Source: a virus
Lineage: Duplodnaviria > Caudoviricetes
DNA length: 64,000 bases
IMG/VR virus record: IMGVR_UViG_3300037461_000547
Span: 1-64,000 of that record
Direction: 5' to 3' (one strand)
Shown here: positions 38,013 to 48,090 of the stretch, one piece after another
How positions within the stretch are numbered: the first letter of the stretch is position 1
Layout: every line of letters begins with the position of its first letter
Position numbers and translations under genes: made by a program
The notes under the pieces: model-generated
What the model was told of the DNA's origin: nothing
The model's database searches: none
Seen by the model: the letters and a program-made list of their open reading frames with translations, nothing else

Positions 38013-38810
38013 TTAGGTATTAGTGATTTTTGTAGCTGCATTTATTTTCTTTCCAGCATAGTCGAAATATGTTTTATCTATTTCAACACCAATGAATTTT
38101 CTTTCTGTGTTGATTGCAACAATCCCTGTTGTCCCACTTCCCATGAAGGGATCAAGTACAGTGTCCCCTTTAACACTCCAAGTGAGTATTTGATCAAGCA
38201 CAAGGTCACGTGGAAAACAAGCGGGGTGTAATTCGCCAGGTTCTACAGAATGTCCGCCACCCACTTTATATATAAAGATATTTGTTGCCTTGACTTTTCC
38301 TGTGAGTGAAATTGTTGATTCGTGCGATCGTGTACCGTCTCTGTTTCTGGAGATACTTGTCCGACGTTCTTTTCGGTAAACATCAAAATATTTTCTATCG
38401 ACCATTTTGGGTATAAATGTTTTTGGTTTTCCCTTAGAAAAAATAAACATATATTCAAATGCTTGGTAGTACCTTGTATCTCCGCTGACCGGAACAGGAT
38501 TTTGTTTTACATATAATTGTGTGTCATGTAAATTAAATCCAATTTCTTTTGCAAAAAGCGCTTGTCGAAAGGAAGTACCTGTTTCCGATCCTTTTACAGT
38601 GGCGTCTGCTACAACCCAAACAACAACACCACCTTTTTTAGTAACTCTAAAGATTTGACGCATCGCAAGTTTCCAAACAGACCAATCCCAAACACATCCA
38701 CCGTATGCACGTAAGTCATCATACGGTGGACTTGTTATTGTCAAATCAACAGAATCATTAGGCAATTGTACTAATATGTCGCGACAATCTCCTAAATACA
38801 AATCAAACAT
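38013..38810 (-). CDS. DNA N4-cytosine/N6-adenine methyltransferase (beta class)
   Basis: ITSPPY catalytic motif precedes LDPFMGSGTT SAM-binding motif. Confidence 0.85.
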   Translation of the reverse strand: MFDLYLGDCRDILVQLPNDSVDLTITSPPYDDLRAYGGCVWDWSVWKLAMRQIFRVTKKGGVVVWVVADATVKGSETGTSFRQALFAKEIGFNLHDTQLYVKQNPVPVSGDTRYYQAFEYMFIFSKGKPKTFIPKMVDRKYFDVYRKERRTSISRNRDGTRSHESTISLTGKVKATNIFIYKVGGGHSVEPGELHPACFPRDLVLDQILTWSVKGDTVLDPFMGSGTTGIVAINTERKFIGVEIDKTYFDYAGKKINAATKITNT

Positions 38811-39255
38811 TTGTTTTTTCCTCTAAAATGTCTTCAGAGATTTCAAAAATCCCGTCTGACGCTACCTTCAAATCTTTATGTAACCCACATCCCACAACGA
38901 AAACCTTAACACCATTTTCCCGTAGGAAATATATCAATGGTATTAAATCGCGGTCGTTACTCACAAGTATTACCTTTGAAATCTTTTCGCGGATAAGGAT
39001 TACCGTAATCGTAATATCGACATTTAGAGAAGTTATTTTCCCTGGGGTTGTGTACACAAATTTTGTAACATACCCGATCTGTTTCAAACTATCAATAAAG
39101 TTTTTCGCTTCATTTGAAAGACGTGTTCCGTACGCATAAAGCAAATCAGGTTCAAACATCTCTTTGAGTTTTGTGTAATCTAATTTGCGATCAGGAAACG
39201 CTTTACGGATTGTGTAGTACAAATTAGCTGTATCGACTAACAATGCTGTCTTCAT
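38803..39255 (-). CDS. NYN (LabA/DUF88-like) domain protein
   Basis: LLVDTANL, NVDITI, LVSNDRDLIPL, GVKVFVVG motifs. Confidence 0.75.
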   Translation of the reverse strand: MKTALLVDTANLYYTIRKAFPDRKLDYTKLKEMFEPDLLYAYGTRLSNEAKNFIDSLKQIGYVTKFVYTTPGKITSLNVDITITVILIREKISKVILVSNDRDLIPLIYFLRENGVKVFVVGCGLHKDLKVASDGIFEISEDILEEKTNV

Positions 39256-41177
39256 TTTATTGGACACCCACCTTTCAAACATTCAGAATCATCTTGTAAT
39301 TGACCATCAAAAGAATCTTGTTTTATTTGGACTATTGGTATTATCTTAGAAGTTAATTCTTTATACTGCTCACTCGTGATTGGTTCAATCGGCGCTTGTA
39401 AAAATCCATGTTCTTCACGAAGTAAAAAGGAAACAGATTTTATATTGTGGTAATGTCGGTTCAGCCAATCTTTAATCGCAGGAACTTCACTATCATCGTA
39501 GTAAATTGTAGCAGACACACTGTTGTCTGCCCAATATGTCTGTAACCATTGTTGCGCCCTTAGTTGATCGATTGCCGACATCTCTTCCGCACAAATAGCA
39601 TCATCAGGTGTTTTAATCGGAAAACTAATAACAGATGTTTCATAGTCCCGACCGCCGTCTTGGTTCATTTGCGGTTCAACAAAATACCCCGCATCACGAC
39701 ACATTTTAACAAGTGGGTCGGACGCAGCCATACGCACTCTACGGATATAGTATGGGGAATAAGCGGCATGAACACCTGGTAAGACACCTGGTAATAATGA
39801 AAGTGTGCCAGATGGTTTTACTGTTGTTAATTTTATTGACTCGTTACTTCCAAGATATTGACTGTATTCTTTGTCCATGTGTTCAAGAACTTCATAGACA
39901 TTATTAAACACTTCAATATCATAACGGAAATGTGATTGCATGAATCCTGTTACACTGATACCGATGCGTTGATTTTGTTTCATTATCTCGGCAGACATTT
40001 TATGTATAAACGGGAGTTGAGTTACTGATTTGCACACCTTGTACATTATTTTTGCGATACGGATAAACTGTTCCTGTGTCTCAATATTCGGTAAAAATAT
40101 TTCACACAGATTACATCCTTCATAACTTTCTAAAGGAATCTCTGCACAAGGATTAAAGCCAATCACACCCCTGTCCGGTCGGTATCCAAATCCATCAGCA
40201 ATACGTCCATAATCACGTGCGGCACAAAGATTAACAAGTCCAAGTGCTTCGCCCTCGCCATTAAAACCACTCCAAAATTCAGGGGGTAAATCGTTGGGGT
40301 CACAGCAAACTAAGCTATTATTACTCATCGCGCGCCACGTTGGGATTGTGCCCATCGACCAATTTTTGGCGTTAATGAACTCATAATCATTAACATCACC
40401 TAATGCGATCTCAGCACTCCGTCTGACATTACCAGACACAACGATACTTCCAATAATGTTCATAATGTCAAGACAGTTAATCGGACGCAATTTTGTACCG
40501 TAACAAGCTCGCAAGATGTTAATGATTTTATGAATCCCGTCAACAAGACTTTCGCTACCAGAAGCAGTCCCACCGAAACTTTTTATTTCTTTCCCTCTGG
40601 CACGGATACAATTGGTTGAGTATGTTAAATCACCGCCACCATAGAAAAAGCGTTTCAATACTTTTCCAAGTAACTTAACCCATCCTTCACGGTTGTCTGG
40701 AACGATGAACCCACAATCAAAAGTATCGACACGATTAATCCTTGGATTGAATTTGATTGGTGGCAATTCGTAAACATACTGTGGTTGTATATTAAAACCG
40801 ACACCACCACCCAACATAAGTTCATCGAAAGCAAAACAAAATGATGTGACCGGATTGTTTACTGCGACTGCCCAACAGTTAATTAAACTGTCACCGCCAA
40901 AACGTTCCACAGTGGATGTCCCTAATTGCCACAATGCACGACCTGAAAAACACGCACGTAAATTAAACACATGGTCATAAAGTTCTTCAATTTCATCTTG
41001 TGTAAAAGAGCCGATTTCGTCAATCGCTTTTACACAACGTTTAACAGTTTGCCACCATTCTTCACGCCCATCATTCTCAATCAAACGTGCGTATGTTCTT
41101 TTATAGACAACATACCCGACAGGACCCCACGGGACAACACTGTTTCTGTATTTATCCATGAATGAGTAGTTATGCAT
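39252..41177 (-). CDS. nrdJ: Class II (adenosylcobalamin) ribonucleotide reductase
   Basis: FSGRALWQLG, LINCW, GNVRRSAEI, GFNPCAEIPLE...CNLCE, TVKPSGTLS. Confidence 0.9.
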   Translation of the reverse strand: MHNYSFMDKYRNSVVPWGPVGYVVYKRTYARLIENDGREEWWQTVKRCVKAIDEIGSFTQDEIEELYDHVFNLRACFSGRALWQLGTSTVERFGGDSLINCWAVAVNNPVTSFCFAFDELMLGGGVGFNIQPQYVYELPPIKFNPRINRVDTFDCGFIVPDNREGWVKLLGKVLKRFFYGGGDLTYSTNCIRARGKEIKSFGGTASGSESLVDGIHKIINILRACYGTKLRPINCLDIMNIIGSIVVSGNVRRSAEIALGDVNDYEFINAKNWSMGTIPTWRAMSNNSLVCCDPNDLPPEFWSGFNGEGEALGLVNLCAARDYGRIADGFGYRPDRGVIGFNPCAEIPLESYEGCNLCEIFLPNIETQEQFIRIAKIMYKVCKSVTQLPFIHKMSAEIMKQNQRIGISVTGFMQSHFRYDIEVFNNVYEVLEHMDKEYSQYLGSNESIKLTTVKPSGTLSLLPGVLPGVHAAYSPYYIRRVRMAASDPLVKMCRDAGYFVEPQMNQDGGRDYETSVISFPIKTPDDAICAEEMSAIDQLRAQQWLQTYWADNSVSATIYYDDSEVPAIKDWLNRHYHNIKSVSFLLREEHGFLQAPIEPITSEQYKELTSKIIPIVQIKQDSFDGQLQDDSECLKGGCPIK

Positions 41178-41563
41178 TTTTTCTCCGTTATGTTAGCTAT
41201 ATTCAACTTCGATTAAGCCAATAATATGTCCTTGCAAACGTGCGCAACACGCATAGTTTTTGTCCCCAGTTTCACTGGTTTTTACTGAAAATGCAGGACA
41301 TAAAGACCCACAACTTCTTGGCTTATCAAACGCACACTCTAATGCCATTGGCGGGGAAAGGGACAAATCAACAAGGAAATCGTTTCTTTCTAATCCAAGA
41401 CTTCGATGCAGTGAATCTGTACGTATTTTCATATTTCCATGACATTTAGGACATGGACTAACATTTTGAGTTTGTCCATTTTCAAGTCTTTGAATGTAAC
41501 GACCCTTTCCATTACACAAATCACATTCACCCCACATTGGTTGTACTTTCATTTTATCTCCAA

Positions 41564-41902
41564 TCACCATTTAAGGTATCTGTACCAATTCTCTTGTTGA
41601 AAAAGTTTATTTATCTCCGTATCACTGTCACTTGTTAAAATCCAGATGGGCGATCCGTTAGCTGAAAACTTTGGAAAGAACTCAGCTTGTGCCGGTGTGA
41701 AATCATATCTGTCTGGATTTTTTACTTCCACCCATCTTTGACCGTAACGTGTATGACAAATAAAAAGATCAGGGAAACCACTCTGATACATATTCCCGTG
41801 TGTCGCTTTTACAAACCAGCCAAGTAGTGTTAATTTTTTAATAATGGCAGCTTGTATTTGAGCTTCAGGACCTTTTACTTGTCTTGATTTGAATTTGTCC
41901 AC
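41564..41902 (-). CDS. VRR-NUC-like endonuclease / resolvase
   Basis: EAQIQAAI...GFPDL...WVEVK...TPAQ. Confidence 0.75.
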   Translation of the reverse strand: MDKFKSRQVKGPEAQIQAAIIKKLTLLGWFVKATHGNMYQSGFPDLFICHTRYGQRWVEVKNPDRYDFTPAQAEFFPKFSANGSPIWILTSDSDTEINKLFQQENWYRYLKW

Positions 41903-42748
41903 TGTTTCCTCATAGTATAATAATCCACGTTAGTGTCAATAAGTGCTTGATACAATGCGAGCAAACTTATCACTTGGGTTATATTAGGTTTTGTTGTCGA
42001 TTGTATCTCCGACAGCCACAATTCTTTCGCCCTCAATAGTAGATAACTCGGATTGACTTTCGCTGTTTCCAAGATGAATTTCAGTGACATCTCCGGATTT
42101 CTTGGGTCCACTATCGCACGTTTCAAGATTTGTTGAATCTGCGTTCTGCTCGGTAATTTGAACTTTTTCGTTGTCATTGGATTCTCCTGTTTTGGGTATT
42201 AAGATACCTTTTTCATGTAGTATGTTTATTATCGCCATCATTTGGGCTTGTTGTGAAACTAATGCTTCCCCCATACTTTTTAATGCGTCGTTTAGACTCC
42301 GAATGTGTGCGATACATTTATTCGTCAGTTCAGCAAGTCTGTCTGAACGTGTTACATGTTTATGTCTTTCTCTGCCCAACTTATTTGGTTTTATCATGTT
42401 TCACCTTCACATATTTAGGGAGAGTTTTCCATGCTTCTTTCAATCCTTTAATCGCAGCTTTACGTTTTCTCATTTCCAGATTATCGAAATCCATTAAAAT
42501 ATAGTAGTCCCAAAGTTCCGGTGTCGTCATATCCATATGCATAACACTGTCATATGCAATGACCGCATTTTTAATATTTTTGAGTGCTGTTAAAATATCT
42601 CCAACGTAACTCGCTTTTATGTCCGGTTTTTGGATACGTTTTAAGATTGCTGTAATCTTTTTCTCTGTCACATCAGCTACTGACAATATTTTTTGTGTTT
42701 CCACATTGTTTAAGTACGACTCAATTTCCCTAACCTTTTCATCTCGTT

Positions 42749-43129
42749 TCATAATTCAGACCTTTCTTTCTTGATAAGTTGTATAAGTTGATTTTTATTT
42801 AATTTTGTTGCACCATAAACATTATAGTATCGGGCAATTTCGCGTAATTCAAATATATTCTTTGCTTCTAAACAGTCGCGTATTAGTGCCCGAACTACAA
42901 CATACAACATTGATAAATCACCATGTTGAATACACTCCTTTAAGCATATTTTCTGTGTTTCATCAGCAACATTAAACGCATCAATAAAATTTCGCGTATT
43001 GACAAAGTAGTCTATGTTCCGCGCTTTTAACAAAGCGTCATGTGCTTGTATTTGCAAATCCGTCATTGTTATCGTCATCGTCGTTGTCATCGTCGTTGGT
43101 TTCCCATCTTTTAATATCCTTTTCAACAA
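42749..43129 (-). CDS. Hypothetical protein with C-terminal Rho-N-like helical domain
   Basis: IFELREIARYYNV...KLNKNQLIQLI. Confidence 0.45.
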   Translation of the reverse strand: MLKRILKDGKPTTMTTTMTITMTDLQIQAHDALLKARNIDYFVNTRNFIDAFNVADETQKICLKECIQHGDLSMLYVVVRALIRDCLEAKNIFELREIARYYNVYGATKLNKNQLIQLIKKERSEL

Positions 43130-43291
43130 TTAAACGTTGTAAGTAATAATAACGCTGCAAGAGTCTACCTAACTTTTCCATTGTTAGATACTCTTCATCA
43201 CTTAACGCTTTTCCTTGCATTTGTTTTTCTAAAAAGTCGCCATAAAGCCCTTGCGCATTATTCCAAAAATTAAATATTGCATCATATCCGG

Positions 43292-45532
43292 TCATTTATC
43301 TGCCCACGTTGTTAATTTATCCTGCCATTCCATTTTTATTAAAGGGATAACAGGCCGGAACAATTCAACAGTTGTGTCTACGATTTGGTGAATCTTTTGT
43401 ACAAAAATTTGTTTTGTGACTGCCATAATTTCATCGTGTATATTCAACGGCTTAACACACCAAATCCCAATTCCCGCAGGTTGAACCCCGTCCCAAATAT
43501 TTCGTTCAACTCTTTTTGTGACTTCTGCGCCTGTCGATTGTATTTGGTGATTTGAAGCAGCACGCATATTGGCGGCTTGAATTGCGAACGCAGATGCAAA
43601 TAATGCTGAACGTACAGCACCGCTTGCAGTTTGTTCTCTATCTCGTCGTATTACTTTGAGTTTAGCTTGTTGCCATTCTTTCGGTGGATTTTCAGCGAGA
43701 TTAAATAGTGTCCGACAAATGTCATTTTCAAGTGTAAAGTATCGACGAAATCCTAACATGGATTCAATGTATTCCGCAGGTTCATGCCATTCAACTTTCG
43801 TGCCAATACCGCCAGGTTGTCGCATCGAACAAAACATATCATAAATCCGTTTCCTTGCAATCCCAACACCTGGATAATCTTTAGCAAAATCTTGATACGC
43901 TTTTGTGGCAGTCTGTTCATCGATACCTAATTTTTGTTGTAAGGTATTTTCGTTGCCGCCATAAATCATTGCGAACACACCACGTTTTCCCTTGTCATAC
44001 ATATCGTTATCAGCGTCACCTTTGCTCGCGACAATATCTCCGTATTCTTGACCTGGGAAAAGTTTTTCAGCGAATAGTCCATGTAGTTTTTTGCCTGAAA
44101 GAATTTGAGAGCGTAATTTTTCATCATTATAAAGGGCCTCGGCGATTGTTACTTCAAACGCATCAAAATCCCCACCCGTTAAGATTTCATCATTTTCTGC
44201 AAGCGTAAAGCAACTACGGATAAGTGGCGTATGGTCAATACCTTGTGGATTAAGACCGTCGCTTCCGGACATTCTTGAGCTGAGAGTCCCGATGACCTTA
44301 AATGATGCGTGGAATCGACCAGCTTCCAATAATTTATCAAATAGTTCACATTCTTTTTTCGCGCTTCTTGCATCTAATATATCGCTTGCCGCTTTAGCAG
44401 CTGGGTGTTTAGTCCCGTCATCATTTTCCCATTTTGAAATTTCTTCAAGTAAGACGCCTTTTGTACTACCGTTGAGAACAGTTTTCTCGGTAACGTCCAT
44501 ATGTTGCTCAAGATAAATACGTGCGATATGTGGCGCTGTGGCAATGGCAGGGGGATATTTTTGTAATGTTTCAAGTTTCTTATTTTTGATTTCGAGAATC
44601 TTTTTAGTGTCTATTGCGAACCCGTGCCAACGAACAGCACCCACCATACACGCTAACACACTATCATCATCTCCAGATGCAGGACACTGGAAAAATTTAT
44701 AAAGGTCACGTGTATAGACAACATCGAGTCTTGCATATTCTCTTGCTGTCTTGTGGTATGCCCAATGGTCGATATGCCATTGTATTACTTCTGGCCACGA
44801 TCGTTTCCAATATCCTTTTTTACCAACCGCTTTTGCAAAGGGCGCCCACCCCTTTTCCTCTGGCGGGAACGGCGGTTCAATGTCTACGAATCTTAAAATA
44901 TAATCTTCTTTGACGCCAAGTGCATCAACGGCTAACGCTTTCAACGCGCTGGACGGATTAAATTTAAGGACAATATCCTTAAAATCTGTTATGACATTTC
45001 CAAGGTCATCCTCTAAATCCATTACCTTCCATTTCTCACCCTGCGTTTTACGGCGCGCAAAATAGATTTCATTGAATCGTATATTCTTTTCCAAATACTC
45101 AGCAACTTTCCAAACAAGTATTGTGGGTACACGTTTAATACGAATCTCATGTCTGTCCATTGTTGACTGATATTGGCCTTTGCGCGCATGTAGCATAAGG
45201 TCGCAAGCTGTTGTAGGTTTGAGACAAACGTCTTGAAAACGTGCTCGTTCTTCGAGTTCAGCAATTTCGTCAATATGGTCAACAGGATAAGCAAAGGGGT
45301 CAGGATACAAACAAAGAACAGTGTACAACTTACATAAATGAAACCAATCAAAAGCGAGATTAAAACCAACAATACCAGTTTCATGATTTACAAAATCCTC
45401 AATAAGTTTAAGTGTTTCAATTATTGGCGTGTTCCAAACATCGTGGAGAATTATTTCTCCATCGTCGATGGCGTATTGTATTAGGACAACCATCCCGTGT
45501 AAGCCACAAGTTTCAGTATCAAAGAATATCAT
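43292..45532 (-). CDS. polA: Family A DNA polymerase with 3'-5' exonuclease domain
   Basis: FFDTET exo I, GFNLAFD exo II, DFDAFE motif A, KRGVFAMIYG motif B, IHDEI motif C. Confidence 0.9.
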   Translation of the reverse strand: MIFFDTETCGLHGMVVLIQYAIDDGEIILHDVWNTPIIETLKLIEDFVNHETGIVGFNLAFDWFHLCKLYTVLCLYPDPFAYPVDHIDEIAELEERARFQDVCLKPTTACDLMLHARKGQYQSTMDRHEIRIKRVPTILVWKVAEYLEKNIRFNEIYFARRKTQGEKWKVMDLEDDLGNVITDFKDIVLKFNPSSALKALAVDALGVKEDYILRFVDIEPPFPPEEKGWAPFAKAVGKKGYWKRSWPEVIQWHIDHWAYHKTAREYARLDVVYTRDLYKFFQCPASGDDDSVLACMVGAVRWHGFAIDTKKILEIKNKKLETLQKYPPAIATAPHIARIYLEQHMDVTEKTVLNGSTKGVLLEEISKWENDDGTKHPAAKAASDILDARSAKKECELFDKLLEAGRFHASFKVIGTLSSRMSGSDGLNPQGIDHTPLIRSCFTLAENDEILTGGDFDAFEVTIAEALYNDEKLRSQILSGKKLHGLFAEKLFPGQEYGDIVASKGDADNDMYDKGKRGVFAMIYGGNENTLQQKLGIDEQTATKAYQDFAKDYPGVGIARKRIYDMFCSMRQPGGIGTKVEWHEPAEYIESMLGFRRYFTLENDICRTLFNLAENPPKEWQQAKLKVIRRDREQTASGAVRSALFASAFAIQAANMRAASNHQIQSTGAEVTKRVERNIWDGVQPAGIGIWCVKPLNIHDEIMAVTKQIFVQKIHQIVDTTVELFRPVIPLIKMEWQDKLTTWADK

Positions 45533-46068
45533 ATTTTCCACTCGCAAATAAGGCGTCTTGTTGTTGTTACTTTTATGGGACAAAGTACGGTTTGTGTTGG
45601 CAAAACTGGAAACCATTCATTGATGTGTGTTTCATTTAACCCGTCATGAATCCTATCGCCAACGTCCCACATATAAGGAATTGATACAATTAAATATTTT
45701 TGTGTGTGTTGATAAAGTTTTTCAGCAAACTTTTTCTTATCTTCGATGTGTTCAATCACTTGAAGACAGAGTACCACATCACAAGGTTGTATATGAGCCG
45801 TCAGGAAATCTTCTTGAATGTATGTTAGATTTTTAACATCACCACCGAAAAACAGTAAGTTACAAGGGTCGACGAGAATTCGTGTTTTATATTTAGGCAA
45901 CTGGAATAACACACCTACAGGTCCACCGCCCACGTCCATGACCGATGTACAGTTTTCGTATCCGTTGACTTTAGCAATAACAGTCGTGATGTATTCTTTT
46001 TTAATACGTTTTTTATAATACGCAATTTGTCCCTCATGTGTGTTTGCCATGTCCCTGAAATTAATCAT
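45529..46068 (-). CDS. Class I SAM-dependent methyltransferase
   Basis: VMDVGGGPVG, DVVLCLQVIEHIED. Confidence 0.75.
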   Translation of the reverse strand: MINFRDMANTHEGQIAYYKKRIKKEYITTVIAKVNGYENCTSVMDVGGGPVGVLFQLPKYKTRILVDPCNLLFFGGDVKNLTYIQEDFLTAHIQPCDVVLCLQVIEHIEDKKKFAEKLYQHTQKYLIVSIPYMWDVGDRIHDGLNETHINEWFPVLPTQTVLCPIKVTTTRRLICEWKI

Positions 46069-46370
46069 CTTGGGACATTTCCGTCACGTTACGGTAATCT
46101 GCCCCGAAACAAAAGAATAATTCTACAGGAGTTATCTTATCTTCGTACGAAATACATTCAAAATAAATTCCGTACTTGGGCGGATCACTGTATTGTTCGA
46201 TAGTTTCAAATAGTGTAGAGTACCCATAATACAGGAAAGCATCCTCATGAAAAAGAAAATCACATTTTGTAACTAACACATGGGATAATAAATCTGTTAC
46301 AAGATGTGGGTAATTTAATACTGTTTTTTTATCTATCTGAAATTTTCCGAGCCGACGTTCCTCAATTATT

Positions 46371-47204
46371 TTACAGGGATTGGCTTGGGATTGTATAGTC
46401 TTTTCCATTTTTCATTGCCTCATTTTTAATGTCTTGAAAAATATCTAAATCACTAATTTCACCTGCACACCATGAAACACATCTGGCACCAAAACTATTC
46501 CCGAGATGTTCCAAGATGTGGTCAATCAAAGCAAACATTTCTTGTCGTTTACGCAACCGTTTTGATTGTGCCGGTGGCATTTTTCGCGGGATATGTTTGC
46601 CAATACCACTATGTTTAATTTTGTTGTCTTTGATTATTTTGACATGCTCATAGAGTTGTTCGTCAGTCGCACCATTATTTTTTAATGTGTACAAATCACG
46701 TATTTGTGTTTGAGATAAAAGACCGGCTGCTGCTTCCTTTTGAACTTCCACAGGTAATTTAAGTAGCATTACACGGACTTGTACCCATCCTCTTGAAGCA
46801 CTTGGAAGTTCATCTGCAATTTGGTATTCGTTTAATCCAAGTTTGAAAAGTGGGAGGATGGATTTTGCTTCTTCAAGTATTGTGAGGTTATGTCTTGAAA
46901 GATTTTCTGTTAGATTTAAAATTCTGGCTGCTTTTTCATCAAGATCAGCTCTAACAATACAATCAATGGTTTCCGCTTTATTTACGCGATGTGCAAAAAG
47001 CCGTCTAAAGCCAGCCACAACTTTGTACTTGTAATCTTCGATAGGCTCTTTTATCGTAGTTACTACGATAGGTTGAATCAGACCGTCTTTAGCAATACTC
47101 TTTGCAAGGTCAACAACTTCAACGGGATTTATAGAATCCCTACAGTTAAATTCTTCGTCTACATAAATTTCATTCAGTGGGATTTTTTGAATCTGTTCTG
47201 ACAT
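46371..47204 (-). CDS. ParB/RepB/Spo0J family protein
   Basis: LAKSIAKDGLIQPIVV...VVAGFRRLFA...LTENLSR, then HTH. Confidence 0.85.
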   Translation of the reverse strand: MSEQIQKIPLNEIYVDEEFNCRDSINPVEVVDLAKSIAKDGLIQPIVVTTIKEPIEDYKYKVVAGFRRLFAHRVNKAETIDCIVRADLDEKAARILNLTENLSRHNLTILEEAKSILPLFKLGLNEYQIADELPSASRGWVQVRVMLLKLPVEVQKEAAAGLLSQTQIRDLYTLKNNGATDEQLYEHVKIIKDNKIKHSGIGKHIPRKMPPAQSKRLRKRQEMFALIDHILEHLGNSFGARCVSWCAGEISDLDIFQDIKNEAMKNGKDYTIPSQSL

Positions 47205-47859
47205 TTTTGATTTCCTTAAAGCAATAGGTTGCATATTTTATTTGGTATAAACAATCACTCAATGCGTCGTGTTTATTTTCTTGCGGGTGTTTTTCTTTTA
47301 ATTTTTTATAGTCGCCACCCCACAACCAAGTTAAGGTTCTGAGATCACACATGTCGTGGTAGTTAAAAGGTGTACCTTGTCCGAGTATACGGTATGCGTT
47401 TGTAATAATAGGAATATCAAACGTTGAATGTGACCACACATGTTTCGCGTTAAACGAAAAGACTCTGAACGCATTTAAGGCCTCCGACAATGTTTTAGCA
47501 TCTTTAATCCATGTTCTCGCGGATTCAGGTTGCTCGAACCACCACTTTATTGTGGAACCATCAATAATTAATCCATGATTCAAACAATCTTGAATCTGTA
47601 TATTGACACTGAACTTACCACCTATGTCACCGTCCATATTAAAATAAGCCGCGCCGATTTGTGTAATCACAGATTGTGGTCCTCGACCAAGCGTTTCAAG
47701 ATCAAGCATTAAATGTGGTGTTGGATTTATAATTTTGGGTGTTTCACCTATACATTCTGGATCACCATGTTCCTGTATATAAGCATCAGTATAGGTTGCA
47801 CCGCAAACACCGCACTCCCACTGTCGGTTTGCGCGATTTTGATATAGTGAACATTTCAT
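47170..47859 (-). CDS. DEDDh 3'-5' exonuclease (phage exoribonuclease-like) with N-terminal zinc ribbon
   Basis: LMLDLETLG, WSHSTFDIPI, HDALSDC. Confidence 0.75.
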   Translation of the reverse strand: MKCSLYQNRANRQWECGVCGATYTDAYIQEHGDPECIGETPKIINPTPHLMLDLETLGRGPQSVITQIGAAYFNMDGDIGGKFSVNIQIQDCLNHGLIIDGSTIKWWFEQPESARTWIKDAKTLSEALNAFRVFSFNAKHVWSHSTFDIPIITNAYRILGQGTPFNYHDMCDLRTLTWLWGGDYKKLKEKHPQENKHDALSDCLYQIKYATYCFKEIKNVRTDSKNPTE

Positions 47860-48090
47860 CGTATTGCCTCATAAGTTTTCTCGAAAACATCTTTATTAAA
47901 AATTCCAATACCGTAGTTAGGATGTCGAGTTACATAATCCCCTGGATATAGTATATTTCCTTCGCACAAGCGAATACAACCGTCAGGAGATACAGCAACT
48001 TTTTCAGGGTGCAAGATTTCTTGAATCTGTATAATACTTATCGGTTCACCGGTGAATTGCACCGCTTCAAAAATTATGTCTTCTTTACGC